A stretch of 32,000 nucleotides of DNA from the NCBI RefSeq assembly GCF_040207875.1, contig NZ_CP157942.1, positions 467,001 through 499,000 of the forward strand. Reading direction: 5' to 3'. Positions 18,357-28,079 of this stretch are shown here, piece after piece. Below the pieces are notes generated by a model, which saw nothing but the letters and a program-made list of their open reading frames with translations, did no database searches and had not been told where the DNA came from. Position 1 is the stretch's first letter; each line of letters starts with the position of its first letter. The translations under genes and the position numbers were made by a program. This DNA comes from Wolbachia endosymbiont of Armadillidium arcangelii. GTDB taxonomy: Bacteria; Pseudomonadota; Alphaproteobacteria; Rickettsiales; Anaplasmataceae.

Positions 18357-20102
18357 GTGGAAATCGCTCCATCAATAAAAAAGGAATTAAAACAAAGTAT
18401 ACTATATACTTGTCTAGAGAAGTGCAAGAGTGCGTTTTGGTTCATTTTCTGGTTTAGCTCAGGGATTAATGCGTTAATGTTATTTTTGCCACTTTACACC
18501 TCTCAGGTACTTGATCGAGTGATATCGAGCGAGAGTGTATCAACACTAGTTATGCTAACGATTATTACTTTATCTGCGTTTGCATGCTCTGCAATGCTTG
18601 AAACTTGTCGATATTTAGCCATGGCAAAAATTGGCGACTGGATTGATAAAACCGCGACACCAGATTTGATAGTAAGGTCAATCAGATTAACATCAGTGCA
18701 AAGCTCAACTTCCAGTGGTGAAGCAATACGTGACCTTGGGGTAATAAAAAATTTCATTACAGGAAATGGTATATTTTCACTGTTTGATACTCCATGGTCG
18801 TTAATTTACCTTGTTGTCATCTTTATGATACATACCTCTACAGGATTTATAGCTATTGCAGGAATCATTATACTAGTTTCAATGGCAATATGGAATGAAC
18901 TTGCTACTAAGCGTATATTGAGAGAAACCAATGAAGAAACTATACGCAATATTAATGCTATAGATGTTGCAACAAGAAATGCAGAGGTGGTTGAGGCTAT
19001 GGGTATGTCAGAATTTATAGTTTCTGATTGGTGTAAACGAAATGATCAAAATCGTGCAATGCAAATTACAGCACAGAATCGTTCTAATGTAATTACTGGG
19101 ATTACTAAGTTTTTACGCTCAACTCTCCAAATTTCAGTAATTGGAACAGGTGCATTACTTGCAATCACAGCTCACAAAACTGCCGGTAGCATTATTGCTG
19201 CCTCGATTTTAATGGGTAGAGTATTGGCTCCATTTGATGCAGCAGTTCACACTTGGAAATTTTTAAATCAAGCCAGAATGTCATATGAGAGGCTGCAAAG
19301 ACTTATACTAACATCACCAAAAAGAGAACAAACTATGTCTCTACCAGAGCCTGAAGGGAAGTTGGAATTTGATAGGGTATTTTTTACTCCTTATGGGAGT
19401 AATAAGCCAACAGTAAAAGGAATATCATTTGTAATAGAACCAGGGGATGTAGTTGGTGTTATTGGTGCGAGTGCTTCTGGTAAGTCGACCATTGCAAAAC
19501 TAACCGTTGGTGTGTGGAAACCCATATCAGGTGTAGTCAGACTAGATGGCGCTGATGTATATACTTGGAATCGAGAGAACTTTGGTAATTATGTTGGTTA
19601 CTTACCTCAAGATATTGAGTTATTTAACACGAGCGTTAAAGCTAATATTGCTCGCATGAGACCAGATCCAAATCCTGAAGAAATAATCAAAGCAGCAAAA
19701 ACTGCAGGAATACATGAATTAATACTAAGCCTGCCAAATGGATATGATACAACAATAGGAGGACCTGGAGGAGTAACGCTCTCTGGTGGCCAAAAACAGC
19801 TTCTTGGACTTGCCAGAGCTTTTTATGGTAATACTAAGCTTTTAGTGCTTGATGAGCCGAATGCTAACTTAGATAGTAATGGAGAGGCGCGTTTGATTAA
19901 TGCAATCAATGTTGCAAGAGAACAAAATACTACCACTGTTATCATCACTCATAAGCTACCGTTACTATCCGTGGTTGATAAAGTGATTATCATGTCAGAT
20001 GGTGTTATTTACGCTATGGGACCAAAAGATGAGATCTTGAGCAGATTAGTTGCTCCATCACCAGATACCACAGAAGATAAACGTTCTTCAGCTAGTGGTT
20101 AA
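18357..20102 (+). CDS. Type I secretion system-type ABC transporter (permease-ATPase fusion)
   Basis: 581 aa; N-terminal TM domain (GINALMLFLPLYTSQVLDRVISSES), Walker A GASASGKST, GYLPQDIELFNTSVKANI, signature LSGGQKQLLGLARAFYGNTKLLVLDEPNANLD, typical of the PrtD-type group. Confidence 0.9.
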   Translation: MEIAPSIKKELKQSILYTCLEKCKSAFWFIFWFSSGINALMLFLPLYTSQVLDRVISSESVSTLVMLTIITLSAFACSAMLETCRYLAMAKIGDWIDKTATPDLIVRSIRLTSVQSSTSSGEAIRDLGVIKNFITGNGIFSLFDTPWSLIYLVVIFMIHTSTGFIAIAGIIILVSMAIWNELATKRILRETNEETIRNINAIDVATRNAEVVEAMGMSEFIVSDWCKRNDQNRAMQITAQNRSNVITGITKFLRSTLQISVIGTGALLAITAHKTAGSIIAASILMGRVLAPFDAAVHTWKFLNQARMSYERLQRLILTSPKREQTMSLPEPEGKLEFDRVFFTPYGSNKPTVKGISFVIEPGDVVGVIGASASGKSTIAKLTVGVWKPISGVVRLDGADVYTWNRENFGNYVGYLPQDIELFNTSVKANIARMRPDPNPEEIIKAAKTAGIHELILSLPNGYDTTIGGPGGVTLSGGQKQLLGLARAFYGNTKLLVLDEPNANLDSNGEARLINAINVAREQNTTTVIITHKLPLLSVVDKVIIMSDGVIYAMGPKDEILSRLVAPSPDTTEDKRSSASG

Positions 20103-20107
20103 AAAGA

Positions 20108-20128
20108 GGGAAGTATTTGATACTTCCC
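20108..20128 (+). terminator. Hairpin after the ABC transporter, possible Rho-independent terminator
   Basis: GGGAAGTAT-TTG-ATACTTCCC, perfect 9-bp stem directly after the stop codon, with only a short T run. Confidence 0.45.
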
Positions 20129-20236
20129 TTTACCTTATAATGTACTATATGTACAGTTTATGACAGTGTTGTCCCAGTGTACTGATACTATATTCGATTT
20201 TCTTAAGCAATTGTTATGCAAAAAATCCAATAACGA

Positions 20237-21496
20237 TTAACCGCGGAATCTATTCACTAATTCCTTCACATTGACCTTAGACATTTCTGATGTAGGCTCT
20301 TGTTTATATGAAATATCAGATTTGCGGAACCTATTTGCTAATTCCCTCACATTGACCTTAGACATTTCTGATGTAGGCTCTTGTTTATATGAAATATCAG
20401 ATTTGCGGAACCTATTTGCTAATTCCCTCACATTGACCTTAGACATTTTTGATGTAGGCTCTTGTTTATATGAATCATCAAGTCTGATATCTTTTTTATC
20501 ATTACCTTTGGTAATAGAACACACTACAGTATCAGCCTTCGTATGCTTAACATTTAGATCTTGTTGAAATCCATGCTTTCTCTCCATCTTTGCTTCAAGC
20601 TCATTGCCATCGCGTGTTACCATGCACTTTTCTGCGATTGAGTAAGCAGAAGTTATGTTGCCGTGCATTTCAGCATTATTGTGCAACAACGGATATCTTG
20701 GACTAAAACGCTTTTTACCTTGATAGATTGGATTCCAATCAAGAGGATTGTAAGCTTTTGTGCTAACCTCAACCTTTTGATCGTCTTGCTGCTTAGGAGA
20801 AAAACCAAGATTTTCTCTTTCTGCTTTGCTTGATGTTTTAAGGAATTTTACAGTCTCTAGTTCATCTGTAGTTGTTGCTTGACTTTTTTCTGGTGTTAGA
20901 CATGGAGTAGAATCATTTATTCCTCCAAAGAACATATCGTCAACAGTTGCTTGTACTGGAGGACTTTTCTTATCCTGTTCGAATGTGTCATCAACATTTT
21001 TGTACACTGGCTCGTAGTATACTGGCATAGTTTCCATCAGTGTCTTAAAAGGGTTTGACTCTTTTGCTTCTCTTTCCTTTTGCATCATGTATTCAGAAAG
21101 AGTAGGCCGATGTTCAGCTGGAGTAATATGGTACTCTGAAGTAACTTTCTTCTTCGCAATGCTAAGCTCTGGAGCAACAAAATTAGCCTTCTTTCTTGCA
21201 TTCAATTCATTTAATCCGCTTCCAACATTATTTTTTCTTGTTGTGGTATGAATAACACCTGGAACTTTCAAAATAGTTGTTGATGCTTCGCTTCTTTGCG
21301 GCGTTAGACATGGAGTGGAGTTACTTACTTCCCAGGATATATCATCAACTGTTGTTTGTACTGGAGAACTTTTCTTATCCTGCTCGGATGTGTCAAAAAG
21401 CACTGGTATAGTTTTCCTCATTGTCTTTAAAATGTCAGCCAAACTAGGCTTCTTTGCATTAGATATACTGCGTTGTTGTCTTTCTTGATTAGTCAT
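20237..21496 (-). CDS. Hypothetical repeat protein, candidate effector or surface protein
   Basis: 419 aa, hydrophilic. C-terminus is three near-identical 27-aa units (KVNVRELANRFRKSDISYKQEPTSEMS). N-terminal half has two related blocks (EQDKKSSPVQTTVDDISWEVSNSTPCLTPQRSEA / EQDKKSPPVQATVDDMFFGGINDSTPCLTPEKSQA). Confidence 0.75.
   Translation of the reverse strand: MTNQERQQRSISNAKKPSLADILKTMRKTIPVLFDTSEQDKKSSPVQTTVDDISWEVSNSTPCLTPQRSEASTTILKVPGVIHTTTRKNNVGSGLNELNARKKANFVAPELSIAKKKVTSEYHITPAEHRPTLSEYMMQKEREAKESNPFKTLMETMPVYYEPVYKNVDDTFEQDKKSPPVQATVDDMFFGGINDSTPCLTPEKSQATTTDELETVKFLKTSSKAERENLGFSPKQQDDQKVEVSTKAYNPLDWNPIYQGKKRFSPRYPLLHNNAEMHGNITSAYSIAEKCMVTRDGNELEAKMERKHGFQQDLNVKHTKADTVVCSITKGNDKKDIRLDDSYKQEPTSKMSKVNVRELANRFRKSDISYKQEPTSEMSKVNVRELANRFRKSDISYKQEPTSEMSKVNVKELVNRFRG
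20242..20490. repeat. Tandem repeat array, about 3 x 81 bp, inside the 419-aa ORF
   Basis: taattcc(t/c)tcacattgaccttagacatttctgatgtaggctcttgtttatatgaa... recurs starting at 20257, 20338 and 20419 (exact period 81). Confidence 0.9.
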
Positions 21497-21577
21497 ATTT
21501 TTACCTCTAAACCTATTAACTAATAAAAGTATAAATCAAGAGATATTAATTTTATTATAATAATAATGCTAACAAGG

Positions 21578-22897
21578 CTAAAGAAGCATTACCGTAGGGT
21601 TTTCTATATAGTGTTTAAAGGCATTTAAAAATTTTGCTCCGAGTGCTCCATCAACTGCTCTATGATCAACAGAGAGAGTAACTGTCATTATTTCTGCTAT
21701 CTCTATTTTTTCACCTATGACAACCGGCTGTTTTTTAGATGCGCCAACAGCCATAATGCAAGACTGTGGCGGATTGATTATAGCGCTAAAAGTTTTTATA
21801 CCAAACATACCTAAGTTGGAAATAGTAAACCCTCCTCCTTGAAATTCTTCAGGCTTTAATTTTCCAGATCTTGCCCTACTTACTAAATCTTTCACTTCTT
21901 TTGATATAGATAAAATACCTTTTTTATCAGCATTTTTCACTATAGGAGTAATCAATCCACCCTCAAGCGCTACAGCAATTGAGATATCTATATTTGAGTA
22001 TTTTACTATCTTATTATCTATCCATGACGAGTTTATATCAGGAATTTTTTTCATGCTGAAAGCCACAGCTTTTATAATTAGGTCATTAATTGTTACTTTA
22101 TTGTTTTCATTCGCTGAATTAACTTCATTTTTGAGCGATACTAGCTTATCGACGTAGCAGTCTATAGTTAAATAAAAGTGTGGAATATTTTGCTTAGATT
22201 CAACTAGGCGCTGCGCTATCACCTGGCGCATGCTGCTTACTTCAATTATTGTATTTTCCTCATATCTCTCATAATTTTTAGTTTGATCTAGACATTCTAA
22301 TATATCAGCCTTGATAATACGACCATATGGACCTGTACCCTTTAATCGCTTTATATCAACATTTTCATTTTGAGCTATTTTCTTAGCTAAAGGGCTTATT
22401 TTTGTTCTACCTTCAGCATAACCTTCTGTCATCCCAGTGCTTGACACTGGGATCCATACTTCTTGATTCCTAGATTCCAGCGTCACGCGCTGGAATGACA
22501 CCGGAGAGTGCCCCGTTGGCTTTTCGTTTAAATCTTGGTGTTTTGATTTTTGATTATCAACAGCACTTTCTATCACTTTTTTTATTTCCTTTTCAACCAC
22601 ATTATTGGTGGAAGTTGAGGTATAGTTGTTAAGTGCACTTTCATCTTCTCCTTCTTCTAACATTAGAGCTATCGGTTGATTTACAGGCACGCCACTTGCT
22701 CCTTCTGACACTAAAATTTTTGCTAAAATTCCTTCATCGATAGACTCAAACTCCATTATGGCTTTATCAGTTTCGATTTCGGCGATAACATCACCTACTT
22801 CAACTTTATCTTGTTCTTTTTTACACCACTTTACAATTTTTCCTCCAATTTTACTCATTGTAGGGGAAAGAGCAGGCATCAATATTTCTATAGGCAT
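21578..22897 (-). CDS. pdhC: Pyruvate dehydrogenase complex dihydrolipoamide acetyltransferase (E2)
   Basis: 439 aa; lipoyl domain GDVIAEIETDKAIMEFES, peripheral subunit-binding domain ISPLAKKIAQNENVDIKRLKGTGPYGRIIKADI, catalytic domain ending VTLSVDHRAVDGALGAKFL. Confidence 0.95.
   Translation of the reverse strand: MPIEILMPALSPTMSKIGGKIVKWCKKEQDKVEVGDVIAEIETDKAIMEFESIDEGILAKILVSEGASGVPVNQPIALMLEEGEDESALNNYTSTSTNNVVEKEIKKVIESAVDNQKSKHQDLNEKPTGHSPVSFQRVTLESRNQEVWIPVSSTGMTEGYAEGRTKISPLAKKIAQNENVDIKRLKGTGPYGRIIKADILECLDQTKNYERYEENTIIEVSSMRQVIAQRLVESKQNIPHFYLTIDCYVDKLVSLKNEVNSANENNKVTINDLIIKAVAFSMKKIPDINSSWIDNKIVKYSNIDISIAVALEGGLITPIVKNADKKGILSISKEVKDLVSRARSGKLKPEEFQGGGFTISNLGMFGIKTFSAIINPPQSCIMAVGASKKQPVVIGEKIEIAEIMTVTLSVDHRAVDGALGAKFLNAFKHYIENPTVMLL
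22428..22500. repeat. Wolbachia/Rickettsiales-type palindromic element inserted in frame in pdhC
   Basis: Two perfect 9-bp hairpins, ATCCCAGTG-CTTGA-CACTGGGAT (22431-22453) and ATTCCAGCG-TCACG-CGCTGGAAT (22474-22496), inside an outer TGTCAT/ATGACA pairing (22428-22433 / 22495-22500). It encodes SFQRVTLESRNQEVWIPVSSTGMTEG. Confidence 0.8.
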
Positions 22898-22970
22898 TTA
22901 TTATATATTAAAAGATCTATTCAATTTTTAATTTACTCTTTATCCTATGTCAATCTAATCGTAATTTGTA

Positions 22971-23310
22971 GTGAATAAGTTTGTCATACTGATGTTTTTA
23001 TTATTTAGTTCTAGTTTGCTTGCTAGCGACTTTATTTCAATAAAATCAAATAAAGTCAATATGAGAACAGGACCAGGGTTTCAATATCCTGTAAAATGGA
23101 TATACACTTGCAAAAACCTGCCCCTCAAAGCTATAGAAGAGTTTGAAAATTGGAAATTTGTGATATAAATGAAGACTGTGGATAGATAAAAAGTAATTTA
23201 CTCAGCAGCAAGCGTTATGCGACGATAAAAAAAGATACTTATGGATATCAAAAACAGAGTACGGATAGCAAGATCACTATGAAAATGGATAAGTCTGTTC
23301 TAAGAACCTG
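22971..23310 (+). pseudogene. Secreted SH3-domain protein, truncated or frameshifted
   Basis: 22971..23168 encodes a signal-peptide-like N-terminus, then SNKVNMRTGPGFQYPVKWIYTCKNLPLKAIEEFENWK (bacterial SH3). Homology-like coding continues out of frame (CDINEDCGW; SKRYATIKKD). Confidence 0.6.
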
Positions 23311-23364
23311 TACATGATCTCAAAGAAGGGATAAAGTAGGAGATAATGTATATAAATTAGATAT

Positions 23365-24115
23365 ATGAGAAGTGTATACCCAAGTGACATAAGTCGTGAA
23401 AAATTCAAGATAATTTTACCAGATCTAGAATCTTGTAGAAAAAAAACAAAGCCAAGAAGACTTATGATGTATTTTGTGGAGTGCTGTACGTCCTAAAAAG
23501 CTGTTGCCAGTGGAGAATGTTCCCACAAGAGTTTCCAAAATGGAGAAGTTGTTACGACTACTTTAAAAAATGGAGCGAAAAACTAAGCGAAGATAAAGAA
23601 AGTATTTTGGAGAGTGTTTTAAAAAAAATTAGTTAGAAAGGTCCGTATCAACAATGGTAGGAAACAGTTTCTGTATAATTGATGCTCAAAGTGTTAAAAA
23701 CGCAGATACTGCTGAAAGAAAGGGCTATGATGCAGGCAAAAAAATTTCAGGTATAAAGCGCAGTTGATACACAAGGTCTTCCACACGTAATTCATATAAC
23801 AACGGCAGAAGCAGCTGATCGTAGCAATGCTGTAAAAATGGTTAAAAATGCTAAAGCAAAACTCTCTGAAGTCAAAAATATACTCGCTGATGCTGGCTAT
23901 ACAGGAGAAAATTTTGCAACACAAATAAAAGCAACTATTGGTGCAACTGTTGAGGTGAAGCGAATTACATACCTTTGCTGTATTGCCAAAAAGATGGGTT
24001 GTAGAGAGGTCTTTTGCTTGGTTGGAAAAATGTAGACGGTTATGGAAAAATTGCGAGCGTAAACTCAACACCAGCTTACAAATTGGCTTTCACTTCTTTG
24101 CTCCTCAAAAGATTA
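23365..24115 (+). pseudogene. Degenerate IS5-family transposase
   Basis: MRSVYPSDISREKFKIILPDLESCRKKTKPRR..., [91 protein letters not shown], spread over several frames. Confidence 0.85.
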
Positions 24116-24224
24116 TGAACAGGTTCTTAGGAAATCTAAGTATGATAATACTAAAAAAAGAAATGTACTCTATTAAACGTTCTATTGTTAACCTAGTATC
24201 CAGAACAAAAAAATATCAAAGTCG

Positions 24225-25241
24225 TCACATTATATCACGAACCTTTTCCAAGACTTTCTTCATATTTTCGCTTGAAAGTAGGATTAAGCCAAGCCTAGAT
24301 AAGTATCCACCTTCAGTGCTGATAGAGTCTACAACTTCTTTAATGAATTCTCTTAACCCATCAACAGTATATAAGTGTTCTTTCTTTATATAAAGATATA
24401 AAGGCCTTGCTAACATATATTCCCCCGATGATATATTTTTATAAGTTGGCTCAATTCCTGCGATTGTACTTCCTTGAATTTCATCTTGGTTTTTCGCTAG
24501 AAAGCTGAAGCTAAATATTCCTAAAGCGTTTTTATTGCTCTTCAATTTTTGTATTATTATGTTTTCATTAATTCCAACTTCTATATACCTTCCATCATCC
24601 CTGATATTACTACATGCTTTCTTTCTTTTTTCCTGATCTTTATAATTCTCTTTGAAAATCCTTGAGTTCATACATGAATATTGATCAAGCATAATAAAAT
24701 TAACCAAAGTTTCATGTGTGCCTGTATTTTGATGTGGACCATAGATTTTAATTTCTGTTTTTGGTAGGGCTTGATTTACATCAGACCAAAATTTTTTATT
24801 ATTTTTTACTAATCTGCCATTTTCTTGAGAATATGCAGATAAAGTTTCAAATAGGTCATTTTTCGTAAAATCAAATCTATGGCTTTGATTTGAATTTGCA
24901 ATGACAACTCCATCATAGCCAATGATGATCTCTATTACTTCATTAACTTTATTTCTTTTGCATAGTTCTCTCTCTACTTCCTTGATAGGACGAGATGAAG
25001 TGGTGATATCTGGTGTGTCTTCCCCTATCCCTAAGCAAAACATTTTGAACCCTGATCCACTTCCTATTGATTCCACAACTGGAGTTTTAAAGGGAAATAC
25101 ACGACTGAATTCTTCAGCTATAAATGAGATAAACGGAAAAACAGTTGAAGATCCAACAATTCTGATGTACTTTCGGGCATCGGTATTTGATAGCGGCATG
25201 AGTAATACAAGTGCAAAAATAAGGAAAAAGCGTTTCAGCAT
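24225..25241 (-). CDS. pstS: Phosphate ABC transporter substrate-binding protein (PstS-like)
   Basis: 338 aa; signal peptide, then [61 protein letters not shown]. Confidence 0.88.
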   Translation of the reverse strand: MLKRFFLIFALVLLMPLSNTDARKYIRIVGSSTVFPFISFIAEEFSRVFPFKTPVVESIGSGSGFKMFCLGIGEDTPDITTSSRPIKEVERELCKRNKVNEVIEIIIGYDGVVIANSNQSHRFDFTKNDLFETLSAYSQENGRLVKNNKKFWSDVNQALPKTEIKIYGPHQNTGTHETLVNFIMLDQYSCMNSRIFKENYKDQEKRKKACSNIRDDGRYIEVGINENIIIQKLKSNKNALGIFSFSFLAKNQDEIQGSTIAGIEPTYKNISSGEYMLARPLYLYIKKEHLYTVDGLREFIKEVVDSISTEGGYLSRLGLILLSSENMKKVLEKVRDIM

Positions 25242-25540
25242 CGTTTCTGCTTAAGAGTGTAAACTTAATTATTGTAATAAAAAATCAAACTGAAAAGCTT
25301 TTTTTCTAGATTTCAGCAGGTATAGCAATCACAATTTATTATCAAGCAGCCAGGAAAAATACTCCACAAAAAATAAAACTAGGTTACACCATAGCTACGT
25401 TGCAGTATCTCCTAACAAATAATTGAGTTGTTAAGTGCAAAAGTAGTCAATCTAATGTTAAAATACAACGTTTTTGGGAGTGTTAAATAAACCATAGGCG
25501 TCAAGTTAAGGAAAAGTGGAATAAGAAAGATATCAACTAT

Positions 25541-26920
25541 GTTTAAAATTTTTTATTTGTGTAATTTTGCAACTTCATATGGGCAATAAAACCCCATTTT
25601 GTCGTATAAGAATAGAATTTTATATCAAACAGCTACTACCTTGCTTAAGCCAATGAATATGTGCGTTTAGTGTGTGTGTGGACGCACATATTCATTAACT
25701 AATTTTAATTATTGCCATGTAAATTTCTAAACATGCAAATTAATTGCTTCTTTAAGTCTGGCATTGGCGATGACTATAATTTTACGCATAAGTGCAGTGA
25801 GTGCTACCATCTTTCTTTTACCACTATCAATAAGCTTACAATAAAAAGCAGCAAGTTCTGACTTGGAGTTTCTAGCAGCCATAGCAGCTGTGAAAAGCTT
25901 TGAACGAACGTTACTTCTTCCACCTATAATCCTTCGGTAACCAATAGCTTTACCACTTTCCTTAGGATGAGGTGCAACACCTGCAAGGCTTGCAACTTGC
26001 CTTTTGTTTAAGGAACCAAGTTCCGGTATAAGGCACAATAAACATTGAGAGGTTTTTCTACCTATTCCAGGAACTGTTTCAAGAATCTTCTGGTATCGGT
26101 TCAGTTCAGGGTTTTCATTGACTATTTTTTGTATAGCTTGATCAAGCTTTTCTACCTGATTATTGAGGAATTCAATAGTTTGTTGACAACTTTCCTTAAT
26201 GTAATCATTTCCAGGAGTTTTAAGCCTATTTTTTTCTTGAACAAGCATTTTTGTAATATCATCACGACGCTGACAAAGTGTAAATAAGGTGGTTTGTTCT
26301 TTTGAGATAGGTGTAAATAGCTGCAGACGTCCACAACGCTCAACACCATATTGGGCAAGCGCTTTTGCATCCAGATTGTCAGTCTTTGCCAAAGTTCCAT
26401 GAGATAGAATGAAGTTTTTAACTTGACGAGTATTAGCACGATGCACAGCAATGTTTCTGTCAATAAGAAAATACAATAAGCCAAGCTCATAGCCTCCTGT
26501 AGCTTCTAAAATTATCATGGAATTGGGTAAGATATTTGAAAATTTTTGGTAAAATTGTTTCCAGCCAGAACAACTATTGTCAAACTTGATAACACTTTTT
26601 TGTTCATTCACTGCAATGACAAATTCAAGTTTTCCGATATCAATGCCAATAAAATTTTGATAAGATATAACCATAAAGAACCTCGAGAGTTTAAGTTAAA
26701 ATTTAAGATTGTAAACAGGTGCATATGTATGTCCCAAACAACTATTCAAACGTCTCGAAGGATAGGCTTGAGTACCTTGATATCTACGTATGTGTAATAC
26801 TACCGTCTTACGGTCGCTCAAGCCTTTGATAACTATATTTTTTTATAGAGCTACCTTCCTTCTTGCTTCTTTTATATCATATTTCCAACTTACAACCGTC
26901 TTGCTAGTCAACAAAAAAAT
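25541..26920 (-). mobile_element. IS110-family insertion sequence, apparently intact transposase ORF (boundaries approximate)
   Basis: Extent set by alignment with the degraded copy at 10.2-11.5 kb, including about 185 nt downstream and about 240 nt upstream of the transposase. Confidence 0.75.
25727..26674 (-). CDS. IS110-family transposase
   Basis: 315 aa; FIGIDIGKLEFVIAV (RuvC-like DEDD start), GTLAKTDNLDAKALAQYG, ILETVPGIGRKTS...VASLAGVAPHPKESGKAIGYRRIIGGRSNVRSKLFTAAMAA (Tnp_20-like C-terminal domain). Confidence 0.95.
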   Translation of the reverse strand: MVISYQNFIGIDIGKLEFVIAVNEQKSVIKFDNSCSGWKQFYQKFSNILPNSMIILEATGGYELGLLYFLIDRNIAVHRANTRQVKNFILSHGTLAKTDNLDAKALAQYGVERCGRLQLFTPISKEQTTLFTLCQRRDDITKMLVQEKNRLKTPGNDYIKESCQQTIEFLNNQVEKLDQAIQKIVNENPELNRYQKILETVPGIGRKTSQCLLCLIPELGSLNKRQVASLAGVAPHPKESGKAIGYRRIIGGRSNVRSKLFTAAMAARNSKSELAAFYCKLIDSGKRKMVALTALMRKIIVIANARLKEAINLHV

Positions 26921-27109
26921 TACTCAAGCTGTATCATAAAATCAAAAAATACTTCTGATTGTGTAACAGTACACAGATTACAGTTAGTGAATATGTTGAA
27001 TGGATTGGAAGCATTTTTTGATTTTAAACTACAGTCAACATCCTAGTTCTGTAATTCTTGATATGATTTGGATCAAAAGCACTTTTGGATGTCAGGATAC
27101 CGAAAATGA

Positions 27110-28023
27110 TATGGAGTAGCTTACGCTCCCACAATTGCCATATTATGCTTACCCTTCTTCTTTAGTCTTTGGCAAAAACTCACAATGATAGGATTGTGAT
27201 TCTTGGCTACTATGGCAGGAAAGAAAAGGGCCTTACGTAATGTTTGTAACCTGATTTACTTAATCTTGGTTTAGAATGTACAGATGAACCTGATGTTATA
27301 TTTTTCGGTATAACTCCTGTATATGCTGCCAATTGCCTGGCATCTCTAAAAGCTTTTATGTCAGGGATTTCAGCTAAAATAGCTATTGCTGATTCCTCTC
27401 CTATTCCTGGAATAGTCAATAGAAGCTGAAAATTTTCCAACAATTCTTTGTGCTGCTTTAATAGTTTGCGTATGGAGTTTTTTATTATTTCTATTTTTTT
27501 AACTATATTCGTTGCAAGATCCTCCCAAGCATTTGCAACTTCTTTAGGCAGTCTCTCTTTTTTTTCTAGGTGGTTATTTACTAATTCTTTTAACGCAACT
27601 GAGCAACGATAAAGATGTTTTAATTTTTTCATTTCAGAAGAAGGTGGTGTCCAACGAGTTGGTTCCTGTCTTTGGCAATAATCAGCAATAATTTCTGCAT
27701 CAGTCTGATCATTCTTTTGTCTTACGAGCTTACTCCTTGTATAAGATTTAATACAATAAGGATTTACAACACTAACAAAATGTCCAGCATTGTGCAGAAA
27801 TTCAGCCAAAGCTTCGCTATAACAACCACATGCATGCCTTTACTTCTTCCACATTATGCTTTTGTAGAAAACTCAGCAGACCTTGAAACCCAAGATCATC
27901 GTTCTTAAAGCTCCTTTTCCTAGTTTCACGCTTTTCTTTTTTACTTATGAATGAAAGAAAAACATCAAAGCGATCTTTTGATACATCAATTCCAAGAAAG
28001 TTGTTGATCATATATAACCCCAT
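27110..28023 (-). pseudogene. IS110-family transposase of a second subfamily, frameshifted
   Basis: INNFLGIDVSKDRFDVFLSF (27817..28023) and LLTIPGIGEESAIAILAEIPDIKAFRDARQLAAYTGVIPKNITSGSSV (27210..27809) lie in different frames. Downstream out-of-frame RKALFFPAIVAKNHNPIIVSFCQRLKKKGK. Confidence 0.85.
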
Positions 28024-28079
28024 ACGTTACCATTTAAAACGAAAAGTAAGCCTTCTAAGAAACTCCCTCAACCAGTTCA

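Noticed and set aside
20242-20490. Possible CRISPR array
   Set aside because: Whole 81-bp units repeat without unique spacers and lie within a coding frame, so this is a protein tandem repeat. No cas genes are seen.
20271-20567. 98-aa plus-strand repeat ORF (LTLDISDVGSCLYEISDLRNLFANS)
   Set aside because: Created by antisense reading of the 81-bp repeat whose period is a multiple of 3; the minus-strand 419-aa frame is longer and has coding-like composition.
23694-24071. 125-aa minus-strand ORF
   Set aside because: Antisense of the IS5 transposase remnant, whose plus-strand fragments carry clear transposase motifs.
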